Shown: piece by piece, positions 27,701 through 40,297 of the stretch
How positions within the stretch are numbered: the first letter of the stretch is position 1
Layout of the letters: every line of letters starts with the position of its first letter
Assembly (NCBI GenBank): GCA_012295275.1
Contig: CM022677.1
Span: forward strand, 10,168,001 to 10,232,000
Direction of reading: 5' to 3'
DNA: 64,000 nucleotides
Source of the DNA: Chrysomallon squamiferum
Taxonomy: Eukaryota; Animalia; Mollusca
The notes under the pieces: generated by a model
What the model saw: the letters and a program-made list of their open reading frames with translations, nothing else
The model's database searches: none
Told to the model about the DNA's origin: nothing
Made by a program: the position numbers and the translations under genes

Positions 27701-30700
27701 TGGTGTTGAACCCTTATTATTTACATTTCTTCTTTTAGAATTTACATAATTCATATATGAATATATATATTTATCACAGTTACTTTAGACTTAAAAAAAT
27801 CTTAATTATATCATTTTGATCATGCTTCAATATACTGATTCTATGTCTTTTCATATAAAAGAAATGATCAAACTGAAGTAGATTCTGGTTACCCTCCCAA
27901 TGGTGTTTCAGCATTTTAACATTTCTGAATGGGGAAGAATCTCTGAAATCCTTTGGTTATAAAACTGGTTTATAATTTTATTTTTATTTTTAGGAATATT
28001 GACAATTACAGAGTAAAACTTCAAGTATGGGATACTGCTGGACAGGAGAGATTTAGATCCATGGTAAATATTTGTGTATATCTGCATATGTATATGAATA
28101 TATGTGTTTCTATATGTATGTATGTGTGTGTAGGTAAATATTTGAATATATATATATGTGTGTGGTCTCCCCAGCATTTATGAAAGGGATGGTAGGAATT
28201 GGCATAACTGGTTAAACAAAGGGAAGGTATAGAAAATGTTCAGGGTACAAGTACTTTGAACAATGTTCAAGTTACTTGTTTGTCATAAATAAATGCATTA
28301 ACTATTAACAAGTTTAATTTATTTGCAATTAAATAAAATCAAAGTGTCTGTTTAATTTATTATACAAAACAAAGTTCACTAAATAAACAGGTGGCAGATA
28401 TTGCTGCCATTGCTGATGAATGGTGGGCAAACTTATCATAAGCTGGAGGGCCCACCATCTCTTACAGAATGTAGCGAGGCCTCTGGAGTATGTATATGTA
28501 TATATGCATGTGTCAATCTATGATAAATCTGTGAATGTCTTTATACTGCTTGCCTATATAATTATATGCCTGTATATATGTAGATCTGTGGTAAATATTT
28601 GAATGTGTACTTATATCTGTAAATGTGTGAGTGGATTATAAGAAAGAGAGAGAGAGCTGATGGTCTAACTGTATATGTCAACACAAAAGAAAGTAGATAT
28701 TGGACATGAGCTGTATACATTGACACTGACCTGTATATCTGCATAGCTTTGTAGATGTGCTGTGTTTGATAAGTATAAAGTAAAACACATTTCTACACAG
28801 ATCAGTTTTCAGATTTACAGATACCCTGAGCTATACATTTATTTTTGTATATTAAATTACGGTAACACTAGATGAACAATTCAGTAGTCATTTGATAGTT
28901 GTTAATAAATTAGCTTTTACTAATCCAAAAGCATTTTATGAAGGTTAACTTCATTTTAAATTTTAAAATATATTTATAGATAATATTTCATGCTTTGGCA
29001 GTACTTGGTAATTAATTTTATTATTATTATTATTATTTTTTTTTATATCAAACCAGGCACCAATGTACTACAGGAAAGCCAATGCTGCCATGTTGATGTA
29101 TGACATTACATCATCAGATACCTTCTATGATGTCAAAGACTGGGTCAAAGGTCAGTGTTATGGTGTCAGATCATTTTTAATAACCTTATAAACTTTGTGA
29201 AATAAGAACAGACTCTGAAATAAAAAGTATATTTGACATAATTCTCTGTGAAGTAGATGATTATAAAACTAAAGGGAATCTAATATGAATTGAAGTAATG
29301 TGTATATTTTATATTTTTATAAATTGACCATTTTCTTATTTTTTAAAAATAATTTCTTATACATGAATCTTAATGGAATGTAAAATATTTCATACATATG
29401 TAAATTATAAATTTAATCTTAATTTTAATTTTCATGTATCCAAGCAGAATGTTATATATTTTATCTTTTATAATTTTTCAGAACTGAAGAAAAATGTGGA
29501 TGCACCAATAAGTAAGAGAGTGGTTTAATAAAATTATTATTTAAATATTTTGAAAATTATTGATTCACATAAACTGTATCAGAACAAATTGATTTATTTG
29601 CTGTTTATGAGAAGCTTCTTGTAAAAATAAATATTTCTATTAACAGATAACAACAGACTTAAACAGAAGATTTCATCTAAAGGATCATATATTCATTGAG
29701 TTATACTTCTCACATTAGTAATGATTTTTTTTCTTTTTAATGACAAAATAGTAAAATACTTTAAATTTTTTTTTAAAAATCATGACTGTTATTTATAGTT
29801 ATGTGTCTCCTTGGTAACAAGAGTGACCTTGACAGTGCCAGGCAGGTGAAGGCCGAAGATGCTGAAGAATACGCACAGTCAATTGACGCCTTATTTTTTG
29901 AGACATCAGCCTTGAAAAATGTTGGTATGTACTTTTGTGTTTAATTTGATTAGATGTTCAAATCGGAAAGCATTTAGAGCAGTCGTGGCAAACTGCAGAC
30001 TGCAGGGTTTTCTGAATAGCAAGTCTAATTTACTAAGTCTTGGAAAAGAAAAATAATTTCTTGAATCGTTGCCTATTCCTGATTTAGAGTTTCATTTTTA
30101 AGGGGTACAATTTTGTGAGTTATTTCCCTTGGACTGCAGTACACTCAGAAAATTATGTTTAATACTGCACAAAATGATATGACACCTTGTTTTCCACAAA
30201 ACAGCATGTTGTTGTTTAGAGATTGAATTACAGGTTTAAAACAAAGGAGACTCACTGATAATATCATAGGTTATAACTAAATAAATAAAGTTACATAGTA
30301 ATCCAAAGTCTGTGTTAAAAGGTCATAATAATTTAGATCTGTTAACTGGAAGATTAACATACTAGGACAGTTTGCAAGGCAAACATGTTTGATGTGAAGC
30401 CTTTCAGAGAGAGGGTCAGTCTAACTTGACATCTGTTATTAGTAAAATCTGTGTCATCTTTATGACATTTCATATTCAAACTACTGTCATAGCTGAGTTA
30501 CTGATTATGTAGAACAAATCAGACAACAGACAGTGTTCAGAATAACCAGAAGCTGTTAGTTGATTGTGATCATCACAGATAGAACTGTATTGTAGAAAAC
30601 TGATAAACTTAGTGTTCAGTTGAACTATATTTTCTATCACATGAAGTACACCCTCAAGATATTCAGTTTTAAAAACATAGCTTGAATTTTGAAAAGTCTT

Positions 30701-32919
30701 ATTTAGAGAAGAAAGGTTATCCTGCTCTTTCAAACAAACCTTCATCTACAACATCAGTTTCTTAAACAGGTGTAAAATTGTTTTGTATCGTCAAGCTTTT
30801 GTCATTTATTTCTTCACTGAGAAGTTTCTTCAGCCATATTTACAGCTAGAGTTCTGACAAAAATTATTAATCATTTTACAGTTGGGGTTTTGTAGTTTGT
30901 TGAATATATACAACTAACGACACCATGGAAAGATCATATTTATTTTTTTATTTATTTTTTTTTTTTAAAGAATTTAAACTGTCCACTGCAGTCAGCTGTT
31001 AACAGCTTTACAAACCAACTCCCTTCTCATGAAGTCTGTGTTGTAATTTGCTGTTTTTAGTCAAACTCAAACTCTGAGCTGTTCTTTTATTTGTGTAATT
31101 GATTAATTTGTGAAAAGAGTGTTTCTTTCTGATATAACTTTTATTAGTTAGATAGACTTTTCTGTTATTCTGTAATTATTTCTATACTAGTTATTATTTA
31201 CATTTTTTTGGTTAAAATGTTTTAATTTTATATTAATATTATACATAGGATTGAGATAAATGGCAATGAATTTAAAATTTCAGTTTGTTGACAACACTAC
31301 ATTATTATTAGATTGGTGATAAAAGTCTCTCAGTATCTAAGGAAATATTAGAATATTTTACTAGTATATCTTGTCTTAAAGATAATACGGATAAAACAAA
31401 TATTAACATTAGGTAAAGACCAAAATGATTATGGAAAAATTGTTCAAAACATAAATTATAATAGACTACAGTGTTTACAGTACTTGGTGTAGTTTTCTAT
31501 TGATCTGAATCAGAAGGAATTAAACTGTAATACAGAGCTGAATGAAGTTTGTTACCTTTAGAAAAAATTACTGTCCTCAAAAGTTTAGTTTTATAAATAT
31601 TTGTTTATTTTTTCTTCACTTCCAAATTCAAGATTCATTCTTTAAACAAAATTAGAAACCTATTTCTTTCAGTTTATTTGTAATAAAAAGCCCACTGAAA
31701 AAGGCTGATTTAATAAATGTGTAGTTATTCTTTAACACATTAAAATTTAGTAGAATCAAAAGTATATGTTTAAACCAGGACTTTGTGCCTCTTTGGAGTA
31801 ATTATTTACAAATTAGAAATCATTTCTTTTTGGGGGCTTCAGTCTTTAACAAAGAAAATTCTCTGATATGCATAAAACTTTTTTGAAAAATGTGTTATAT
31901 ATAAGTCAAACTTTCTAGAAAAATGAAGCTATAAGGGACAAGACAAAAAATACTAAGTCTGCTGATTTAGTATCACATTAAAATAAATAATGTGTTCAAT
32001 AAAAACATGGGCAAATAAATGAGGTCATCAATACTTTCAATACAAAATCTTAACAGTAAATAAATATTTGCTATAGATGCTGTTACAAACTAGATATATT
32101 TGAGAAAAAAGTGAGACTTCAAATAATTATTTATGGCCAACAAAACTTTTTTTTTTTTAAAGATAATATAATCAGTTTTATATTTGCCAAGCAGTACATG
32201 TATAGATCAACATGCAAACAGCAACAACTAACTGTGACTGGATTTCAAAATACTCTCATAAATATTATCCAGATAAATACAGCTTTGAATAACAGAATAG
32301 TTACATTTGTCTAAAATGTAACAATTTAATACATAATTATTTAGATAGAAAATATTTTTTACCACTATGTACTCATTTATGTTTCTTACTATAACATATG
32401 CTTTGTATCTATTTACTACTAGAAATCAGTATATATTTGGGACTGCTTTATAGAGTTATTTATATATAGTGAAGACACTTCTGTGTTTTAACATTAATTT
32501 ATTTTTGTATTTTGTATACTGTGATGAAAAAAATAATAATGAATATAAAATAAAATATTGTCATAATTATTATAAAATATTTAATAATAAAAATAATGTA
32601 CCAAATTAGAATAGTGTTGAACAAATTTAAATCTAATATTGCATTAGAAACTATCAGGTATGTTTTAATTTAGTCATTTTATTTCTGATTTTATTTTTAT
32701 TTTTTTAATTTGGTCATTTTGCTTATTATTTGTTGTGCAGGAATTGAGGAATCATTTCTCGAGGTGGCTAAACAGCTGATAAAGATGTACGAGACGCAGC
32801 CCAACTCAGGTCTGTGTAACCCACATTTCCAGGAACCACAGGACATTTTTACATCCAACGTCAAACTACCAGAAACTGACAAAACAGAAACTGTGCCATC
32901 AAATGCATGTCCATGTTGA
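24773..32919 (+). CDS. RabX1: Rab GTPase of the Rab5/21/22/31 group, most like RabX1 (7 coding exons)
   Basis: Exons 24773-24836, 26423-26519, 27994-28063, 29057-29150, 29482-29511, 29799-29924 and 32741-32919 are all GT-AG and phase compatible. Motifs: IEAKVVVLGSQGVGKTS, PTIGASF, WDTAGQERFRSMAPMYYR, GNKSD, ETSA and C-terminal CPC prenylation signal. The RabX1 orthology is from recalled similarity of the N-terminus. Confidence 0.93.
26650..27200 (-). mobile_element. Old LINE reverse transcriptase remnant in Rab intron 2
   Basis: The minus strand gives KVPGPAGITN (cf. KAPGPDGI), KLPNEMKKAVESLLHKKGEAKTNTSSCRSFSLT (cf. P..WK.A.I..I.KKG....NYRPISL) and IDSVP (cf. AFDSV). Confidence 0.7.
29980..30081. 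mobile_element. 102-bp hAT-type miniature element with 8-bp TSD
   Basis: A perfect direct repeat atttagag at 29972-29979 and 30082-30089 flanks imperfect TIRs cagtcgtggcaa / ttgcctattcctg. Confidence 0.75.
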
Positions 32920-35900
32920 TTAAGAATGAAACAAATGGATTATTTTAATGATTCAAGAATAAAAGCTTTTATTGTCAAATGCCTGAGTCATGCAGTAACT
33001 GTTGTTTGGAATGTACTATATTGTTTCTCAAGTGTTGAAAAAAGAATGTACTTATTTTTTATTATTATTTTTGTCTTTACTTTTTTTGAAAACGCTTGGC
33101 AGCTATATTCATTGAGTCAGGCTTTTTACACATCAGGCTTTTGTGGCGTTAATGTGTTTTAGGCTTGTGAAAATATAAATATTCACAATCACTGTCATGC
33201 TAACAAATAAAAAAAATTCAGGAATTGATTTTATCCTTTACACATATATATATAAAAGAATAGTTTATTATTTTAACAATTTTTTATCTTGGATTTGAGT
33301 TGTGACAAAGATATACAGATTTCTAACATGAAACTAATTGTTGACTTTACAGTAAATAAGTTCTCTGCCTTACTGTAATGAAGCAAAACAATTTTCTTTT
33401 TCATTTCTCTCTTTAAAACATAATATTTAGATGGCATCTGATTCTTTGTCAAAAATAAATTTGTTCATGTAAGTACAAATTATATACAATCAATTTTCTT
33501 TTCTTTTTTTAATATTACTTTTCAAAATGACCCCATTCAACATTTTCATCAAAGAAAAAGATGTGAAATTTTTATTAATAAATCATTTTTTTAAATGTTC
33601 CTTATTAATTTTAATTATTTTTTTAAAATAAAGAGTTAACGATAAAAATAAATACTATCCTGTGAAGAATTTAGTTGCTAATTTTGTAGTTTTTCAATGG
33701 TAAAATATTCTGATCTCAATGACTGGACCACTTATTTGAAACCAAATATTTATATACATTTTTTAAACTTTGATGATTTTATTACTGTTGCTCTTTTTTA
33801 AACTAATTAATTAATTAAATTATTGTAAATAATAATTTTTTAAGACCTGAAATTAATTCTTTATTATTATTATTAATTTAATATTTCATGTTTAATTTTG
33901 TACTGAAAGTCTGTATGGATTGTTAAATATCAGTTAATTATAATTAGGAATTTGTAGAAAGTGATGTTAGAAACAATGAATTCTTGTGGCCTTACAGAAT
34001 ATGTTAAAGTTGCTGTAGTATAATTTGTAGCAGTTTTCAGCAGTTGAACCAAGGATCTTTCATACCTAAAGTTACAAAATGAATTTAAACCACACAGCAT
34101 ATTTATATGTTTATTTTTCTTATTTATTTTTTAATAATGTTTTATTCATGTAAAATGTATTTATTTATCTATTTTGTGTTGACCACACAGCCTGCGATTT
34201 ACCATCATAATAATTTATTATTATTATTTTCTTTTTTTTAAGACCTGCTACTGAGATTTCATTAGCAGACTTCATGTTTAAGATTAAAATCTTAACCACA
34301 TTCTATAAAAATTATTCATTTTAAAGAAGTTTGGAGAAGTTATGTGGATTTGAATCCAACGCATATCATGTGTTAGATTAAATAATTTATGTGTATTTTG
34401 TAAATTGTAAATATATTTACTATTTCATATATACAAATTCATGGAAACATGAAAACAATAAACTGGTGAAATGATTTAAATATTTTTATTCCTCTATTTT
34501 TCTGTATATTTTTTATAAACATTGTATATGCCATGCATTGATGTCTAGAGTAAAAATGAACATTTTAATAAATTGTGATATAAAGAAAAAAAAGTATAGT
34601 AAAATTATACATGTTGTTACTAAAATAATAATTTTGTTTTCAATTAACCACATTTTATATTTTATCACATTTCTTAATAGTTATTTATTTATTAACAAAA
34701 AGATGAGATTTTTTAAATAAAAAGAGGTAAAAATTAATCATGAAATAATAAGAAATTTATTTATGATAAACAGAGATTTTTAAAGAACATTTTGTTTGGC
34801 AGGGTTCTGCTGTAGTAAAGCACCAGAGTTTAAATACACATATATATATAAGTATATATACACACACGTTATTTCGAAGGCATATGTTAAAATTCATTAT
34901 TTATGAACAGAATACCAAATTATACTTATAATTAAAAAGATATTAACATTTATTATTGGATTTGTAGAGATGTTTTAATGGACAAGTAATTATTGAATAA
35001 TTAATTTCTTAATGACAAATAACTCATTAATGATGTTAAATCTGACATTACAAATAATCTTCATGTACTGAAATTATATATGTTAATTACATATTTTCTA
35101 TGGTAATAATTAGAAAAAAGTAAAGAAGATAAAATAATTAGGATGAATATAATTACAATAAGTGTGTATGCATGTTTTATTTTTACATTTTTGTATGAGA
35201 AGAAAAAACAACTGAAAATATGTAAATAAATGTATTTATTACCATGTACTGTGTTAAGTTGTTAATTTCATTTTTTTTTTGTATTTAACTGTTTTTATTT
35301 TTTATTGCTGTTTTATAAATATTTTAATAAAAAATAAATAAATGTCTCGTTATTTTCAACTGACAATAACAGATTCGGTTTGTATCTGCTATTTTAAAAC
35401 AGATCACTAGGAAACAAGTCTCAGTTAATTTTATTACTACATAAACACTTTACAACAACATTTCTACAACAACAGTAATAAAACTACACACCAGACAATT
35501 CTATAGCTATAGCTATAGCTTCCAGGAAACTGGCTTTGATTTGTACAAAACAATTATATTCATTGTTTATTTTATGTTTGCAATATACATACATGTCTGT
35601 TTGTGTGTGTACACAAATATCTGCATTTCTTGATTCTGAGTGTGTATATGTTATTATTATTATTATCATTATTATATTACATGACTGAAAAAAAAAAAAA
35701 AAACGATGGATTTATTTATATATTTTATGTACTTTTTTTTTTTTAAAGTTAAGAGAGCATCAATCATAAATCAGTTTAAACAAATTGCATTTTGCATTTT
35801 GAAAACATTTCAGATAGAATAAGCGTATGAAAATTAATTAAATTATTGAAATGTTGAGATTTAATAGAGAAATAATAATAATGTTAATATGTTGTGCTGA

Positions 35901-37327
35901 TTATAACTGAAACCTTTAAAAACATGGTGCAAATTAAAAAATAATAATAATAACAAATTATCATTAGTTACAGAATAATAAAAAGTTCAGAATAAGTATT
36001 CCCCTCTTCTCAAAATAGATACAGGTATCACTTCTGTTATAATTCTTTGTTGTAGATCTCTAAACGAAGTGTTAATGTTGTGTTCTGCATATCAAAGCAG
36101 AGGTTGCCAAAGTCCAGTATGATTTATTATACAATTTAAGTAAAACCACTGAACATCACTGGGATAATCCCAGACCCAGCAAATGATTCTATTTCAGTAT
36201 GTTTTATCATTCTGTAAGTTTACAGAATGATAAATATGTCTCAAATTGTGATACCATTTTGTGAGTTGACAGAAATGTTTCAAACTGTGTTATCATTCTG
36301 TGAGAACAGAGAAATGTTTCACATTGTGTTATAATTCATGTGGCAAAGCTTTAATTAATGCCCAAAGTATCTAACACACACACACACACACAGAGGTATA
36401 AATGAACCATCTAGCAAAGAAACAAGGAATATACTGATTATGCTGATTATCAGCTTAACATAAACTGGAAAGAAAGTTAATACATTTGAGTATATTTATA
36501 AATTATCTCAGCCACACAGTGCACAGCGAAGAAATAAATAACAAAAACAATGATACAGACGTATTATTTCTATTAACATTTGTCTATTCTGTATTTTGGG
36601 CTTAGAACATCTTCAAACCATTGTTTTTGAGACAGTAATCATGAAGTTTTAAAGTGTGTGTGTGTGTGTGTGAGTTGATCGTGGTCAGAATTAAATATGG
36701 CTGACATGGATTATGACATATATGTTTGATATAAATTTAATATAAAAGAAAAACAAAAAGAATAAAAAGAAAACTGTATTTAAGGTTATATTTCTTTTCT
36801 GAAATACAACTTTTTTATTTTAGTATTTAATTCATTGGAACTGAATGAATGAATTGCCAGGTTCCTTCTCCTTCTTTGCTTCATCTGTCTTCTTGTGATA
36901 CTCATAAACATCATCGAATGAATGAAAAACTGAGACATATTTTTTTTAAAACTGAAGATTGTTTTTAGATACTTAATTTATTTTATTTATTTTCTTTAAG
37001 ATATTTTTAAAATTATTTATACATTATTGTGGTAATTGTTGTTGCTTGATCTTGAATTACAATAAATTGAATTATTGATTTTCAAATTATAATTATAAAT
37101 CTGTTAATCTGGTATTGAGTCAAAGCTAAGTAATTAGAAGATATTTTCATAAAGATATTTATATATATATATTTTAATATATTTATTACTATGACACTTA
37201 TTTTGCCTAACATCCCACTTTTGGTGACTTATTTAAAAAGAAATTATAAAAAGATATATTATAATAAAAATAATAATTATAATAAAATAAGAATAATTAA
37301 AATATAAATTTATGAAAGTTTGGTTAC

Positions 37328-37400
37328 TTTCTGAGATTCATTGCATCCTCTGTGAAGAAAGTAATTGTTTTTCCCATCCTTCCAGCATGAACTGTCCTAT
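37328..37400 (-). pseudogene. Isolated decayed DEAD-box helicase exon (DDX52/Rok1-like motif VI region)
   Basis: tttcag acceptor and gtaac donor enclose RTVHAGRMGKTITFFTEDAMNLR, cf. DDX52 RTGRAGxxGKAITFFTEDD. Motif VI is mutated, and no other helicase exons were found. Confidence 0.7.
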
Positions 37401-37582
37401 CTGAAAAAAATTGGCTTCTAATAAAATAATACACTGAACATATTTATATTATATTTACACTTCTGTATTAAATGAAAAAGAATTTAAATAAATAATAAAA
37501 ATAAATAAAATAATTTAGGTTTTAATAAAATAAAACTGTATAATTTATAATTTATCATTCAGTATTATATTTATGTATGTAT

Positions 37583-37614
<32 letters not shown>

Positions 37615-37745
37615 ATTAAAAATGTAAACAAATAATAAAAATAAATAAAATAAAAATGATCATTCTTTATGGCATTTAATAAAATAAAACTGTTATAACT
37701 AACATCTATTGATCTAATATTATATTTATGTTTCTATAATAAATG

Positions 37746-37779
<34 letters not shown>

Positions 37780-38094
37780 TAAATAATAATAATAATAATA
37801 AAATATATAAATAAATAAATCTGAAAGAAACAATATATTGCCAAGTGATGGCAAAATTAAAAAATCATACAGTATATTAAATCAGATTTTAACAGTCATC
37901 CTGTTTTAAAATCTACTACCAAATTTAAAACCACATTCATTTATGACTAACACACTACAACAAAAATTTAAAAATTAAATAAAATAATAATTAAATAAAT
38001 AAATTTTAAAATTAATTATATACCAAATATTTCAAATTTATAATTATAAATTTAATATGAGTTTAATAAATTCTGTATTGTTTAATAGCTACAA

Positions 38095-38306
38095 AAAAAT
38101 AAAAATTAAATAAAAATTGAAACAGACAAAATATTACACATTTCTTTTCATAGTAAATAAAATAATAATAAAAATGATAATTAAATTAAAAATAAATTAA
38201 ATAAAAGTAATTAATAAAAAATAAAAGAACTTGATAAATATGTCTTTACTATAAATTCCTTTTAATAAAATAAAAATAAGATAAAAAAGTAAAATAAATA
38301 AATAAA

Positions 38307-38361
<55 letters not shown>

Positions 38362-39615
38362 GTAGTAATAGTAAAAAAAATAATTTAAAAAAATAGGTTG
38401 TATTGATAGAATATAGTGCAGATTTAAAAATATAATTCTAGAGTCATATTTTACAAAACAGATTTGACAACATATGCATTTTAATTTTTATACCATTCTT
38501 TTTTCTTTTCTTTTTTTTTTCATTTCTTTTTTCTTTTTTTCATACATTTTGTTCATGATATCAATAATTTTATCTTCTGATACTAACTTTTGTATAAATT
38601 GGAAGATGATGATGATGATGATAATAATAATAATAATAATAATAAAAGAAGAAGAAGAAAAAGAAGATAAATATTTCACAAAGTTAAATTAAAACATGAA
38701 AAATTACAAGTAATGGCCATGACTAATTCTGGAATTTATTACTTTTCTTAATTAAATATTAAGTGTTATCATACATTTGTTATCATATATACTGACTTTG
38801 TCTCTTATACATTATTTCTATAATCTATTGTATTACATTAAATTTATAACAAGTATGTTAGAAAAAAATTAAAAAGGTATGAGAAAAAATAAAATAAACA
38901 TGAAAAATAATATTATTAATGGGTTTTGTTAATTTTTATTTTTAAAAATGTTCTATTTCATAATTCTTGATATTATTATTATTTTTATTAGAAGTTGATA
39001 AAACATTTAATAAATTTGTTTTAAAATAGAAACCAATTTATAAACTTTTGCTGCAAATGCATTGTGATGCAAGAATTAATAAAATAATAAAGAATAAAAT
39101 GTGTAATATGCTTTTAATGAAACAGTTATTTTTTCTATCTTAAACGTTAATGATGATAAATAATATCCTTTCAGTTTTTAAAATGTGAAAGTACATTTCA
39201 CCTTTCAAAAAAAAATATGAAAAGAACTAAAACAAAATAAAAAGAAAGCAAAAAAGAAAAAAATGATAATATTATTAAAAAAGTAATGAATGATAAAATA
39301 TAATACTGAATGAAAAAGCATGTAAGTAGTTATAAAATGTAACTTTATTAATATATTGATATGACACCTACAAAAATACAATTAGGATATAAAAAATGAA
39401 TTTTAATTCCATATAACAAAATGTATAAATGATAATAATCTGAAACACCACAATGTTGTTAATTAAACTGATGTTGTTCTATGCTGTCAGTCTCAGTTTG
39501 TTCTCCAGTTAAACTTATTAACCCATTTCAGTAGAAAATCAACAATTCAAGATGGCCATATGTGGTTTCACAAAGATATACTGTCTCAGTTTTTCTTTTG
39601 ATGATGTTTATGATG

Positions 39616-39661
<46 letters not shown>

Positions 39662-40000
39662 ATTATTATTTGTTCAACAACAGTCATTTTCATGAAACTG
39701 TCAACTAATAATTATAAATAAGAAATCTAAGAAATTAAATAAAAATTGAAACAGACAAAATATTATTCACTTCTTTCCATACTAAATAAAATAGGTTGTA
39801 TTGATAGAATATAATGCAACTATAAGTATATAATTCAAGAAGCATATTTTATAAAACAGATTTCAGAACATATGCATTTTAATTGTTATATGTTACTGAT
39901 ATATTAAGCTTTCATTTACATACCAAGTTTCATTTTTTAAACCAGTTGTTTTTCTTTTCTTTTCTTTTTTTTTTTTTTTCATACATTTTTTATCATGATA
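38095..40000. repeat. Local diverged direct duplication (38095-38560 vs 39730-40000)
   Basis: Shared blocks aaattaaataaaaattgaaacagacaaaatatta and ataggttgtattgatagaatata...aaaacagattt...catatgcattttaatt. Confidence 0.8.
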
Positions 40001-40297
40001 TGCTAAATTAAATAATCATACTGGAAGTCTAAATAGTTACAATGTATATGTGTGTTTGTGTGTGCCTGCACAAAATTTGATTTAACTGCATTCAAAAATT
40101 TAACTACTATGCAGAGAAAAGAATGTGTAAACTATAAACAACACATGATCAACTTTCAATAATAATTCATGTTGCACGCAACAACTATAATCAATTCTGA
40201 TTACCAAAGTCAAAAAAATAATATGAGAATATCCACACATTCACAACATTAAGAACTGAAAGCAAAAAAAATATAATAATAATAAAAAGAATATTAC

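Noticed and set aside
30476-30745. 89-aa minus-strand ORF in the Rab intron
   Set aside because: No recognisable motif or splice support. It is probably a chance ORF or an old TE relic.
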